Source of the DNA: Histomonas meleagridis 2922-C6/04-290x
Lineage: Eukaryota > Protista > Parabasalia
NCBI GenBank assembly: GCA_020184695.1
Contig: JAANOX010000062.1
Location: 74,189-138,188 of the forward strand
Length of the DNA: 64,000 nt
Direction of reading: 5' to 3'
The notes under the pieces were generated by a model. The model was given only the letters and a program-made list of their open reading frames with translations, did no database searches and was not told the DNA's origin. Below are positions 1-12,201 of the stretch, one piece after another. Each line of letters starts with the position of its first letter. The stretch's first letter is position 1. The position numbers were made by a program, and so were the translations under genes.

Positions 1-45
1 GATGTGTATTTAGCGAAGGCCTTCCAATATATTTATTCTTGAAGC

Positions 46-1926
46 ATGAAAATCCTTCAACTGTTGCTCATTTCGAAAGTAATTAAGCAATTTAGAACCG
101 GGATAATGCTTAGTACACCATTTTTTACCCACAAAGAAATATTATATATCCACAAGAACTCAAACGTTGAAAAATTAGCTCAGACCCACATTGCAGATGA
201 AACAGTTTTTGAAATTTTGTTCAAAAAATCCAATATATTTAGTAATAATTTGACAAACCTCCAAAGTACTTTATTTCAAAATTACGTGATCAACGGCAAA
301 TATACATCAATATTACACCATGCTTTTGATACCAAACCAAATTTTTCAGCATCAGATTTTACAATTACTCAAAAGAAAGTCTTCGAAACAACCACATTTG
401 TTGATGGTAACACACCTATTCATACTACTTGCGAATATTACCCGAATACATCCTTAATACACCTGAAATTTTTCTGTTTTTCTTTGATGAAATCCTACGA
501 AACAGCAGAACTCGAATTCAATGCTTTACTTCATTCAACCACGGTTTTTTCAATATTGTTTCTAGCGGTTTGTATCAAACCCATTCAGAAAAAATTGAAA
601 ACAGTTGTTCAGAAAACCCATTCGACCAAATATCCATTGAAAATAAATGAAAACAACAAAATTCGAAATGTTTTTATTTTTATTTTTGCGTTATTTTTTA
701 CGAATTCTTTCCAAATATTTGATTTTAATAATTTAACACTTTCAATTATTACTTCAAGTGAATTTGAATTTATTAATAATTATAAAAATGTAACGAAATA
801 TATTTTTGTTAGCGAAGACATATATGAAATTCCAAGTAATTTATTTACAGACTGGTCATCTGTTGTTTATGTTAATTTTGGTAACTCGGTATCAAATATT
901 GAAAGTTATGTGTTTATGTCATGTTTTAATTTAGAAACGATTATTTTTGGAGAAAATGTTACAGCAATTGGTGGTGGAGCATTTTCATTGTGTTCATCAA
1001 TCAAAAACATTACAATTCCAAACTCAGTTACATCGATTGGAAATTATGCATTTGCATTATGTTCTAATTTAACGACATTAACACTTGGATACGGAATAAG
1101 AGAAATTGGAGGTTCAGCATTTGGAAATTGTTATCAACTTCAATGCATTTATTATTATGGAAATTTATCTCCAGAAATTGGTTTGAATGCATTTTATAAT
1201 GTAACAGTGAAAGTTATCACATATTCGACATACGAAAATGAAACATTTGGAAATTTATTTGTTGCTAAAGAATATACTGAAGGGGTTTGCAAGCCAATTC
1301 TCACGCATTCATTCACTAAGTCAAACACATTTTCTAAATCAGAAACATTAACATATTCGCACACATTTCATCAATCAGAAACATTCACTAAGTCAAACAA
1401 ATTTTACCAATCAGAAATATTAACAAAGTCACATCCAAATGATTTAACATTATCTTTTTCTTATACATTAACAATTACATTATCGATTACGCATTCATTC
1501 ACTATTTATGAAGCACAAACAAAATCATTTTCATTGTATATAAATAATTCGGTATTTTCTTATATTGAAACGATGTTCATTTATTACAATTACACAGTTA
1601 TTGTCTATACGACATATTATAATTATTACTCGAATTTCTTTACTTATATAAATATGAATGAAAACCAAACTAATGATAATAATACAACAACAATTATTAT
1701 TATTGTCATTTGTGTTGTTGTTGTAGTTATTATCATAATAACGTTACTTATAGTGTTATTAATTAGAGTTCGAAGTAAAACTTCAGAAGATAAAGAGAAT
1801 GAAAATGAAAATGTAATCGAAAAAGAAACTATAAACACATTTGCAACAGGAATTTCTATTACAAATGTGGAGGAAGATCCTTTCGCAGAAGATTTTAAGG
1901 AAGAAAAATTTATTGAACAAATATAA
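46..1926 (+). CDS. BspA-like (TpLRR) surface protein with Ser/Thr stalk, C-terminal TM helix and acidic cytosolic tail
   Basis: Repeats such as IxIPNSVTSIGNYAF and VTAIGGGAFSLC; SNTFSKSET stalk repeats; hydrophobic IIIIVICVVVVVIIITLLIVLLI; tail EEDPFAEDFKEE. True start codon uncertain. Confidence 0.85.
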   Translation: MKILQLLLISKVIKQFRTGIMLSTPFFTHKEILYIHKNSNVEKLAQTHIADETVFEILFKKSNIFSNNLTNLQSTLFQNYVINGKYTSILHHAFDTKPNFSASDFTITQKKVFETTTFVDGNTPIHTTCEYYPNTSLIHLKFFCFSLMKSYETAELEFNALLHSTTVFSILFLAVCIKPIQKKLKTVVQKTHSTKYPLKINENNKIRNVFIFIFALFFTNSFQIFDFNNLTLSIITSSEFEFINNYKNVTKYIFVSEDIYEIPSNLFTDWSSVVYVNFGNSVSNIESYVFMSCFNLETIIFGENVTAIGGGAFSLCSSIKNITIPNSVTSIGNYAFALCSNLTTLTLGYGIREIGGSAFGNCYQLQCIYYYGNLSPEIGLNAFYNVTVKVITYSTYENETFGNLFVAKEYTEGVCKPILTHSFTKSNTFSKSETLTYSHTFHQSETFTKSNKFYQSEILTKSHPNDLTLSFSYTLTITLSITHSFTIYEAQTKSFSLYINNSVFSYIETMFIYYNYTVIVYTTYYNYYSNFFTYINMNENQTNDNNTTTIIIIVICVVVVVIIIITLLIVLLIRVRSKTSEDKENENENVIEKETINTFATGISITNVEEDPFAEDFKEEKFIEQI

Positions 1927-2353
1927 TCATTTAAATAAAGATAATATTTGCAAGTAGTTTTTGTATTATGTTCTTTATTTTGCATAATTAGTCAAAATTA
2001 AAAAATTGAAATTAATTATAACATTATACATTGATCTCATAATGAATACCAGTAAGTGATGTCCACTTTGTTAAATTTAAGTGAAATCTTTGATCTCCCA
2101 ATTTTAAAATTTTTGATTACAAAACCATCCTTTTTATAAAATCTTTTTAAATACAGCTTCATTATATAATAATAAGTAAGATTAACACTATTAATAAAAA
2201 TTAAAATTACCAAATTTTTTAATCGTTTGCAGACCATTTTTCTACAGTAATTTTCTGAAAAAAAACAGAATAATTATTTACACGCCATTTTTTGAATTCT
2301 ATATGATCGTTATAATCAAAAAGTTCTTTAACGTTTTTAACATCAGACTGTGC

Positions 2354-3343
2354 ATGGGGGATGAAAACGACCTCCAACATATGGATCCTCGTGAGTTCCA
2401 GGGCAAAACATATATGATCGAAGATGAAGAGCAATTTGTTCCTGAATTCAGCAAATGGAATCATGTTTGTTCTTGTTGTTGTGGAAAATGCAATATGGTA
2501 TATTTCCCCGCAATAAAACGATATTTCTGCAACCAATGGGAGTGCAATCCATTATATCCTTGTATAGTTACAATATTTATATCGGTTTCATTTGCCTTTG
2601 CTTTATGGGGAATAATCGATTTTTATACAGGTGGGGCAATGATAGCCATGATTACTGTTACCTCATTTGTATATGTTGTTTGGATATTTGCTTATTATGA
2701 AGCTGTATGTTCATCACCAGGATATTTACCATTTTATTGGGCGGTTGATAAACGTCAAGAATACACATTAGAACAACAATGGGATGGAGTAGTTACAAAT
2801 CAGAAGCAATTTGATTTTGCAGCTTACAATGGTCGACCAGAAAGAGGAAGTTTTAGCGTCCAAGCTCGTCGTCTTGTTCTGAAAGCCGACCACATCTGCA
2901 AATGGATTTCCAACTGGGTTGGACTTAAGAACTATCGATATTTTTTCACAATGGTCATATGGATGTTATTATATTTCATCATGTTTTTTGCGGATTTCAT
3001 AGCAGTTATGGTCAAAATGCATAACTGGCAAACGCGCGCCAGTGTTATTGGCCTTATTATATGCGCTGCTCCAGCATTAGGTTTTAGTGGATTTGCAATA
3101 GTTATCTTTCGTCGACATGTTCGTTACCTATGTCGTAACACAACAACACTCCAACAGTTTAAGGTGAAGAAACTGAAAGATAAGCATAATTATTATGATC
3201 TTGGATGTTGTCGAAACATTGTCGAAGTAATGGGACCTGCGAAATATTGCCCGATTTGGTTCTGTCCAATACCATATCATAGAGAATGGAATGGATTTAC
3301 ATGGGAAAAGAATGCAGAACCTAAAGATGATGATGAAGCATAA
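2354..3343 (+). CDS. DHHC-family protein S-acyltransferase with variant DHIC motif
   Basis: Four TM segments; SSPGYLP; RPERG...VLKADHICKWISNWVGLKNYRYF; C-terminal TTLQQ and YDLGCCRNIVEVMG (PaCCT-like). Start placed at ATG 2354. Confidence 0.85.
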   Translation: MGDENDLQHMDPREFQGKTYMIEDEEQFVPEFSKWNHVCSCCCGKCNMVYFPAIKRYFCNQWECNPLYPCIVTIFISVSFAFALWGIIDFYTGGAMIAMITVTSFVYVVWIFAYYEAVCSSPGYLPFYWAVDKRQEYTLEQQWDGVVTNQKQFDFAAYNGRPERGSFSVQARRLVLKADHICKWISNWVGLKNYRYFFTMVIWMLLYFIMFFADFIAVMVKMHNWQTRASVIGLIICAAPALGFSGFAIVIFRRHVRYLCRNTTTLQQFKVKKLKDKHNYYDLGCCRNIVEVMGPAKYCPIWFCPIPYHREWNGFTWEKNAEPKDDDEA

Positions 3344-4341
3344 ATGATATATTAATTTCATAAACTTTATAGTCGAATAATAGTTACAGAATTGGTTATA
3401 TATTAATAAAAATTTTTAATGTTATATTACGAAACATAAAATTAGAATTAGAATTTTCATGCTTGGTGAATATGACTTTTTCATATAATTTCGATCGTAG
3501 TTCACACAATTTTGTTAACCATCGTTTCTATCGTGCTTTTAAAGGTTTAAAGCCAAAAAATATTCACAAAGAAAAACCATAAGAAAAAAATCTATATATA
3601 TATAAAACATTTTGATGATCACATCTGTAAGATCCCCTTGGAAAACGAATATTATCTAAGATTGCAAACAATTGAAATTAAACAATAAATATATTAATTG
3701 AGTAAAAAGAAAATAGGCCAAAATAGTAGAGATGAAGCCGTGAAAATTTCTTTATAAGTAATATATACGAAATGAAAGTTAATAAATTTCAAATCAATTT
3801 GTATTATAAGAACATATCAGCTAAGTGTTTTACAAGCACTATGCTCTGTTGATCATGGTAAATGAAACATGGTATTATTCGATAACATATTATATATATT
3901 TATTCATAAGATACATATTGAAATGCTATATCGACTAAAAGTGAATAACTGTTGGTGATTACTTATAATAAAACATATTGATATAAGTCCTGGAGAACAG
4001 AGTCACAACAAGAAAGAAAACGATATCTTGTTCAGGAACAATTGAAAGCAAGCCGAATAAATCATTATCAAAAAAAAAAGGTTAATCACAAAATTGTGAG
4101 ACATGATCGATTTCTACTGAAATTTTACGTATGTACACAAACAGTTGTTTTTTTCTGAAAATTTCGAAGTTTTCCACAGAAAAGTTTCTTTCAAATCGGT
4201 TTTATGCAACATTGCGTAAACATGAATTCACAAGTAAACGGCCACTTAGCGTAAAATGGATGATGAAAAATCATTAATATCGGATAAACACTGGAAAAGA
4301 AACCATACTTTAATAGAAAAAAATACCTTAAGGTAATTAGT

Positions 4342-4629
4342 TTATTCACCATTTAATTCTCTTGCGTCTTGACAGATAACGCATGGTGCGCAGAAGCAAG
4401 TAATGAGACAATCTGCGCAGTTATCGTTTGTATCCTTTCCCTTCTTGCTTAAAACACCCTTTCTGATCCAGTAAGGAGCAATTGGTTCAATGCAATGACA
4501 AATTGTGCAATCTTCACTTCTAATTTTTGAATGGTTTTCACCATTAAGGCATGCTGCGCAGAAGCAACCATAAAGGCAAATCTTAATGTCCTTGAAGCAT
4601 CCGAATGTACCACCGCTGTAGTCTTGCAT
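4342..4629 (-). CDS. PLAC8-family cysteine-rich protein
   Basis: GGTFGCFKDIKICLYGCFCAAC ... DCLITCFCAPCVICQDAREL; TCATT initiator just upstream of ATG 4629. Confidence 0.85.
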   Translation of the reverse strand: MQDYSGGTFGCFKDIKICLYGCFCAACLNGENHSKIRSEDCTICHCIEPIAPYWIRKGVLSKKGKDTNDNCADCLITCFCAPCVICQDARELNGE

Positions 4630-5379
4630 AAGAAAAAAATGATTTTTTAAAAAGTAGCGGTTTCGATTCAATTGACAATGCTTTTGGCCTTGTTATTGAA
4701 AAACTTATTGTCAAAATTTGAATGCTAACCTCTGAAAGGGTTCTTTTGCCAACACGACGTTTAGTGGATTTCTTCACAATTTTTGAACTAAACACCTCAA
4801 CCATAGCGGTTAATTTGATAGCAAACGTCTAAACGGTTTTAATCGTTTTGCTAAAAATAATTGTTTAACACCAACAAAAATAAAAAAGGTGTTTCAAAAA
4901 CAGTCCAATCAATTTTAACAAAATAAATAACAAATCTTTTAAGTAACATTGATCAAATTTTATGCAAATGTTTTTATTCAAATTCTATTCTAATTAAGCA
5001 TAAAAATATTTATTTTTTGCAAATATTCTGTTTATCATACTCAAAATAATTATTAAATCATTTACAATATCATTAATAGGCTTTTTCTGCTTTCTTTTTT
5101 TGAAGTTTTATGAATTAGATCTATAATCATTTGATAAAGCAAGTTTTAACCCAAAAGCATAAGTTTTAAGAGTTGTTATTTATTGATTGAACATGATTAT
5201 CTATTAGGTACAACTTTTCTGAATAAAAATAAGAAAAGTTTTGCTATATAAAGGCATTTGTATGATTGTAAGATATTAACATGATTAATTCAAATCAAAA
5301 ATAAAGTAATGACCAACTGCAAAATTATAAAAAAACTTCAATTAATTATCTTTCGTAATGTTATAAATGGGATTTGATG

Positions 5380-6600
5380 AAAATAATAAAAACGTTAAAG
5401 CCTTCATAATATCTCACCATATGCAGGGGCAGGATGGTTATTCATTGGATTTTTTGGAGATTTGGTGATAATGTAGAATAATCCAATATATGAATATCAA
5501 AATTTTGTATTATTAAACACGAATATTTGATTAAAAGAATATAACAAATATATTTTCAATATTAGAAAAGGAAGAACTCAAAGCAGTCAATGTAAATGAA
5601 TTCGATAAAATTGTTCTACAAGCAATTGTCTTCGATATTAAATATGTATAATATATTGAATGTGTAATTGTTAACAATACGTATTGTAATGAACTAGTAA
5701 ATGTATTTGATTTGGTACAGGAATTCGGTTTCGCAAATGTATTCGATAAATTAAATGTATCTGATTTAGAAAATGTATTTGATACGTGGTTGTAAAATTA
5801 ATGTAAACGGTTGTATTGAATACGAAATTTTACAACGTCTGCCAAAAATCATTTCTTTGAAATTTTTTCGAACGATCATTTTTACCATAAAATGTCTATC
5901 GTCCTCTATCGTAAATAACGTATTTTTTCGGGGTATGGTTCAGCATAGCCGATTTAGTATATGTATTTGATTTAGTAAATGTATTTGATTGTGTAAACGC
6001 TTGAGTTTGCAACGGAAGACATCAAGCAATTGTTATGCATTGAAGACTTTCACATCCAGGAAATGAGAACTTCCAATGCTTGTAACTGATGATGGAATTA
6101 TAAAATTTGTTAGTACTAAACAGTATTGAAATGCCATATTATCAATTGTTATTGATTTCAAATTTCTACAATTATATAACATTGAATATGGAATGAAAGT
6201 AACTAAATTTGGAATTGCAATAGTTATTAATGATTTGCACGATTGAAATACACCAATTCCAATAGTATTTACATTCATACCAATGATTATTGTATAATAA
6301 TGTAATTTCCAATCACTTTTACATTATTACCAATTGTTACTCTTTCCAAACTATAACAAGAAGCAAATACATATTGTCCAATCAGAGTAACACTATCGCC
6401 AATTTCAGCTGAAACCAATGAGCTCCACAAATAAAACGCATTAGATCCAATAACTTCAATACCACTGATTTTGACATATGATGCATCATATTTATATTTG
6501 TTTCGTCCATCATATTCGTACGATGTAGTTATTGTAAGTATACCTGAATCAAATATTTCAAATGATTCTGTGAAAAAGAAAATTAACAAAAGAGCTTTGT
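5380..6600 (-). pseudogene. Fragmented BspA-like surface protein gene
   Basis: Fragments FQSCKSLITIAIPNLVTFIPY and AEIGDSVTLIGQYVFASC plus SNTFSKSDTF stalk repeats, spread over several frames. Boundaries approximate. Confidence 0.75.
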
Positions 6601-6759
6601 GAATTTTTTTTTCACTACGAGAAATAATTTAGTCACGTAAAACATAGAAAAAAATATTATGAGTAATAAAATTATCTTGCTTAAAATGATTTTTGCAAAA
6701 ATAATAGGGGTAATACCAAAAAGAAAGATTCTTTGTTTGAAAATACATTATTTAAACGT

Positions 6760-7560
6760 TTTTAATGATGAAGAATTAAAAGAGAATAAAATTTATAAAT
6801 CATTTCTCAAAAAATTCGAAAACTTAAAAAACATAAATGGAATCTTAATAAGAAATTAATTAAAGAAGGGATTAATCCAAATGAACTATCAAAAATAATT
6901 CGAAATGATGAAATATAAAAAACTTCAAGAATTATCATCACAAAGTAATTTTGATCTTAATCAAACAATTGAAACATCTCTTTATGAAAAATGTTCATTT
7001 ATTAATAAAGAAAATTTTAGATTAATTGATTATGCAGCATTTTTTTCTTCAGTTAAATGTTTTAAATATTGACTTATCAATGGTGCTAATATCCATAACA
7101 CAATTAAATATGCAATTGAAGGTGGAAGTGAAGAAATCATTCATTTATGTGAACAAAATAATACAACCTTTTATTGAACATATGAAACAGCAATTAAATT
7201 TCATCGAAATGATATTTATTATTATCTTTATGTCAATAAAATAGGAAAAATTCATAAGAAGAATTAGGTATTAAATAAATTTTATTTCATAACTGTGAAA
7301 TTTTATCATGTTTACAAAAAGAAGGAATGAAAATTTGTGATTGACTTATTATTACTTCAATTGAAACATGTAATTTATATTTTACTCAATATTTGATTGA
7401 ACAACATTATGTAATTGATGCAACAAGAATTTCAACAATTCCATGTATAAAAAACTTTTTAATTATCTTATTACAATGTTGTATTATTTGTTATAATAAA
7501 TGAATGATTTCTTCTTATTTGATACAGGGTATTTAAACACTAAGATTTGCAGCTGGAAAA
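6760..7560 (+). pseudogene. Degraded DUF3447/ankyrin-repeat gene (trichomonad multigene family)
   Basis: Manual translation LIDYAAFFSSVKCFKY*LING...KYAIEGGSEEIIHLCEQ...TAIKFHRNDI with in-frame stops. Boundaries approximate. Confidence 0.7.
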
Positions 7561-8099
7561 TGTAACATAAAAATAAATTGTTTATTCCTTGAACAAATAG
7601 AAAATTAAATGAGATTTAAAATTTAAATTTTCAACTTTATTATTTATATAAAAGAAAACATAGAAAATTTGTATCAATTTTTTGAACGAATATTTTCTTT
7701 ATTTTTTGAGTTTGAACCTGATTTATCTGTAGATGATAATAACCGCTAATATTTTCTCACACATTTTTTTTTTTTTGCATGAGCTCAGTTTTTAATGAAT
7801 TCATTATAAAATATTTTATAAACTCATTTGTATCTAAGTAAAAAGTCTGGCTCCAGCCACTTTAAAATATTTTTAGTTTTGACTTGTGACGGAGCATTAA
7901 AATTACGTTTTTTACATCGGTACCGAAAGCACTTATTTGGGGTAAAGCTTTACCATCAATCATAGATAATTAGTTTAAAATTTGAAAATTATCCTAACAA
8001 AAAGACTGAACTCAGAAAAAACCAAACACAAAAATCCTTTTCAGTCAATTGACATTAAAAAATTATCAGAAAAATGAAAAAAGTTTCAACCAATTTTAA

Positions 8100-8800
8100 A
8101 AAATGTTGAAGACATGAGGCTGTTCCCGATAGTGATCGAGAAACAAAGGTGTCTTCAAAATGATGTTGCAACCCTCGTATGAATACAAAGAAGGCTTTGC
8201 ATCAAGGGTGGGAAGCATTTGGAGGGCCACGTTCGTTCAATTTTTGATAATGTCTGTTCGAAAATTGCTCTGCAATTAACACCATTAGTTATTTAGTTGA
8301 TTTATAAAAATGTTAAATAAATCATGAAGTACAAACAAATTACAAACTTAGAAATGAAATGTTCTTGGGATATTATACCAAATTTGTAAATTTACATCAT
8401 CACACAATTTTTTTTAAATCATCGTACCATAGCACATGAAGGAAAATATTCACAAGCTTCAAATATTTTTAGATTTTAAAGGAGGTGCATTTTTTTTAAA
8501 TTTACCAACAATTTTCATCTTGTCACTTTTTGAATCAAGTTTGATAATAACCGTTTTTTCTTGGGTATGAATTCCAGAATTTCCTTTTTTTGAACCAACC
8601 AAATGTAATTTTTATTAAAAAATTAAAATGAAAGAATCCCTATTCTCATCAATGAAAAACAATAAATGTCTCCACTTAAATAAAGATTGTGCAGTCCAAA
8701 ACAAAGTTTTTGTAATTGATAAAAACCGCTATCCAACACACTTTTGTTTCAAAAAGTTGTTTCACTTTTCAGAATCTTTTTTACGCATTCAAATTTCTGA
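8100..8800 (-). mobile_element. Possible decayed Mutator-like (MULE) transposase remnant
   Basis: Scattered minus-strand fragments GFYQL, CFSLM, FP..C and RHYQKLNE in the order expected for MULE transposases, in different frames. No TIRs found. Confidence 0.35.
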
Positions 8801-9174
8801 ATGATTTATTGAATAAAACGCTTTTGTTTGCTTCGGGTTGCAAACAAGAATTTTATCTTCTCTTCAATATTTCCTGCTAATTAATATACAAAAATAACAG
8901 TAACTTATATTTGTGGAAATAAAAAATTAATTAAATCTTCAGATGAAGAACAATTTTGAAAAAGATTTTTCATAAAAATCATCTTTATAGCTAAATATGT
9001 GATCTTTTTTTATAACGAGTTTGTTTCATGTCGATATCATTTCTATATTGCTATTCTAAACAGGAGATTTGCCCATTTAACCACAAAAATAATCGCTAGC
9101 GAGTTCAGAAAAAGCTTCATTTTTTCAATCGTTTATAAATCAGAGACGTTTTAAAATTTCAATTTTTTTTGCAA

Positions 9175-9855
9175 ATGCAAAAAAATCTTCATTCTCGCTG
9201 CCATTCATTAATTTACAAAGCCTCTGGAAGCAGCTGTCCCAACTCACATAAGAGGAGAACTCTTCGCCATTGTAAATCTACAAATCTATATCCAAAGGCT
9301 GAACCAATTCAAGTGATAAAAGTCAATGAACTGGCTGACGTAATAAAGGGAGTATCTTCTCATGATTATGATCTGATTTCAATCATTGATTCTCGCTATG
9401 ATTACGAATATAGATATGGACGAATAATTGGGTCAACTCATATCAAAACTCGTAATGGACTCACAAGCTTATTCAAAAGGAACTCAAACAAGTCAACATT
9501 CTATGTTTTTTATTCTGATCATACAATGGTACGATGCAAAATCATGTGTTCTCTCATGAAAAAGATTGCTGACTCTACGAAAGAAAAGAACAGGTTTGCC
9601 GGTTGTGCTGTTTTGGAAGGGGGGTTTGAAAAATTTTATGATAATTATCCTGAATTATGTCTCGGCACTTACATTTCACCTATAAACCAAAAATATGTTT
9701 CTAACACCAAAGCAGGGAAATGTTTGGCATTTTTCAGAAGAGAATTTCTTGTACCTTATTCCGATAATCATATTAAAGTTGAACCAACCAATCAGAATAA
9801 AAGCCATGAACTGGAGGAGATTCTAGAGTTGCTCCAAAAAAAGATACTGAAATAA
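9175..9855 (+). CDS. Cdc25-like rhodanese-domain protein lacking the catalytic Cys loop
   Basis: IIDSRYDYEYRYGRIIGSTHI (CH2A) and VLEGGFEKFYDNYPELC (CH2B); the expected HCEFSSERG loop reads FYSDHTMVRC. Confidence 0.75.
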   Translation: MQKNLHSRCHSLIYKASGSSCPNSHKRRTLRHCKSTNLYPKAEPIQVIKVNELADVIKGVSSHDYDLISIIDSRYDYEYRYGRIIGSTHIKTRNGLTSLFKRNSNKSTFYVFYSDHTMVRCKIMCSLMKKIADSTKEKNRFAGCAVLEGGFEKFYDNYPELCLGTYISPINQKYVSNTKAGKCLAFFRREFLVPYSDNHIKVEPTNQNKSHELEEILELLQKKILK

Positions 9856-10088
9856 AAATCTTGTTATAGATTTTTTTTCTCAATAATATATCTTTTGGTC
9901 ATAGCTATAAATGAATTATTTTTGCAAAGTTTCACCAAAGCCTAAACAAATAAAACTCGAAACTAGAACTGATTTTGATGAAAAAATCATTTTTTTTTCA
10001 TGTTTCTGTTTTCTATCGTTCTCAACCGAAACCATGAAATTATTGAATGGTTTATGTTTCTATAAATCGGTCAGGTTGATACAAAAAA

Positions 10089-11678
10089 ATGATCGCTCAA
10101 GACACTAACATCAATCTCTGTCTTATTACAGACGAAGGCGTAACCAAAAAAGGTCTTCTTAAAATGCAACACAACAATGGGAATGTTTCACTTAGTTTTT
10201 ATCCCGAGTATTCACCCGATCCTTCACGTCCCAAAGCTCAAAAACGTATTGCTCAGATTCCTGATTATGTTCATCAACTCAGTGATTTTACAATGATTGA
10301 AATGGACAGCAAAGATCGTTTAATAGTAACACTTTCTGGATCAAGATCACATTGTGTTTTATATTTCACCCGCGACAATGATATATATCATTTCCTCAAG
10401 TATATTTCAGGGAAAGTACGCCTTAAAAACTCTGATTGCAACCCCTGCGTGTACTTGTTGGAACCATTGGACTCAACCCAAAACACAAAAGTGACGCCAT
10501 TCAATTCTACTTCTTTACCGCAGTCATCGCCGCATGCCAGCAAAGCTCCAAGTCGTGTTTCTCTTCAGAAAATCAAATGTGACGGACTCGAATTTACAAC
10601 TGATGAGAACATAACTAAAATGAGCGCAGAAGAATATCGAGCATTATTCGATCAAGATGGTAGAATCATTGACAAAGAGCAATTCCCAGCGATATTTTAC
10701 AATAAGGACATAGATTTAGAGGTCGCAGGCGATTTATGGAAATTATTATTAAATAGAGGAAGTCAAGATTCAGAATGCTCTAATGTATCAGACGACAAAT
10801 GCGCACATCTTTCAGATGCAGAAAAGACATATGAAGAAAGAAGGAAACAAGATGAAGATAATAAGAAGAAATATCAAGCGGTGAAAGAACAATGGGAAAC
10901 AACGACAATTCGACAGTGGCGGAATTATCCCAAATCCCAACAAAAGACTGAGAACCTTCGTTCTCTTGTCGAACTTCTCGAAGATGATCTTGTCAAGAAC
11001 CAAAATCTTTTTTCACATTTTAACCATCCGATGTGTGTCCAAAAGATTGCGTTTAATATCCTTTTGACCTTATCCATCTACAATTGGGACAATGCATATT
11101 ATACTGAAGGTCTCATCACTTTTCTTTCACCATTTTTGGACTCATTCATCAAAGATGCCGACTGTGATCATGTTACCAAGCATAACGGCGAAGTTGTGCC
11201 AATCATTGATGTCGAATCTGAAATTTTCTGGTGCTTCACTAAGTTCTATGAACATAATAACCTGAACGACTTAGTTCGATCTTCACAGCCTATGATGAAA
11301 CCACTTCTAATAGCCATTGGATATATATTAGCCGAAAACTTTCCCGATTTGTTACAATTGCTTAATCAAAAACACGCGTTTTCTTTGGACTTTTTACGAA
11401 ACGATATCTCGAAATGGTTCACAACTTGTTTTAGAGATAGCGATATTCGTCGATTGTGGGTTTCGATTTTGTCATTTTCTTCTTCTTTCCAATTCTTCCA
11501 ATGTTTTGTTGTGTCATTGTTATTTTCACTTGCGCCGAATTTCGTCGAAATTAACCCTTTGAACGGCGACGAGTTTGTGAAAAGATTCCACACATTAAAG
11601 ACAAAAGTGTCACTCAATTTGCTGCTCAAAAATACTGAGCAACTGATAAAGAAATTACATAGTAAACAACAACATTGA
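10089..11678 (+). CDS. Rab-GAP TBC-domain protein (TBC1D15/17-like architecture)
   Basis: LWKLLL, NILLTLSIYNWDNAYYTEGLITFLSPFL, SEIFWCFTKF, KWFTTCF...IRRLWVSI match TBC motifs. Catalytic Arg/Gln fingers look degenerate. Confidence 0.7.
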   Translation: MIAQDTNINLCLITDEGVTKKGLLKMQHNNGNVSLSFYPEYSPDPSRPKAQKRIAQIPDYVHQLSDFTMIEMDSKDRLIVTLSGSRSHCVLYFTRDNDIYHFLKYISGKVRLKNSDCNPCVYLLEPLDSTQNTKVTPFNSTSLPQSSPHASKAPSRVSLQKIKCDGLEFTTDENITKMSAEEYRALFDQDGRIIDKEQFPAIFYNKDIDLEVAGDLWKLLLNRGSQDSECSNVSDDKCAHLSDAEKTYEERRKQDEDNKKKYQAVKEQWETTTIRQWRNYPKSQQKTENLRSLVELLEDDLVKNQNLFSHFNHPMCVQKIAFNILLTLSIYNWDNAYYTEGLITFLSPFLDSFIKDADCDHVTKHNGEVVPIIDVESEIFWCFTKFYEHNNLNDLVRSSQPMMKPLLIAIGYILAENFPDLLQLLNQKHAFSLDFLRNDISKWFTTCFRDSDIRRLWVSILSFSSSFQFFQCFVVSLLFSLAPNFVEINPLNGDEFVKRFHTLKTKVSLNLLLKNTEQLIKKLHSKQQH

Positions 11679-11824
11679 GAAAAGGAAGGAAATAACAATG
11701 GGAAATGCGTTTTGGCTATGCTTCATAAATAATATTTTAATTAAATTTGTTTTTTGTTTTGTGTTAAAAAAGTTTCCAAATTTTTGTAAGATGATAATGA
11801 TGTTAATCGTTGACAAGACTGCTT

Positions 11825-12087
11825 TAAAAACGAAGTAATAAGTGTTAGAATCATTAGAGGTGTGGAAGAAATTGAATCATTGCTCATTAGTTTCATTGAC
11901 AATATCATTATCAGAATAAAAATAGATTTGCATACCATGTAAAACACTAATAAAAACGAAGTATTAAGTGTTAGAATCATTTGAGGTGTTTAAAAAATTG
12001 AATCTGGTACTCATTGGTTTCATTGGCAATATCATTATAAGAATAAAAATAGATATGCACATTATGTAAAACACTAATAAAAACGAA
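11825..12087. repeat. Tandem duplication with ~126-127 bp unit (2 copies plus start of a third)
   Basis: TAAAAACGAA at 11825, 11951 and 12078; the first two units align along their length (AAGTGTTAGAATCATT...AGAATAAAAATAGAT...ATGTAAAACACTAA). Confidence 0.85.
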
Positions 12088-12129
12088 TTTGTTATTTACA
12101 AAAATTTTGTTTTCTTATCATCAAAATCT

Positions 12130-12138
12130 GGGGCACCC
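12130..12138 (+). promoter_or_regulatory. GGGGCACCC upstream motif (also at 15976, 24282, 32787 reverse, 46381 reverse)
   Basis: Five occurrences, each 10-65 nt upstream of a start codon, in otherwise very AT-rich DNA. Confidence 0.55.
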
Positions 12139-12201
12139 CATTATATTTGTTCGGACACATTGCAATGTATCCTTCGTATTCAAATTAGTTTCTAATTTGT
12201 A

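Noticed and set aside
46-105. Met at 46 as the certain start of the first BspA gene
   Set aside because: The gene lies at the window edge and several downstream Mets are possible; the start is unresolved.
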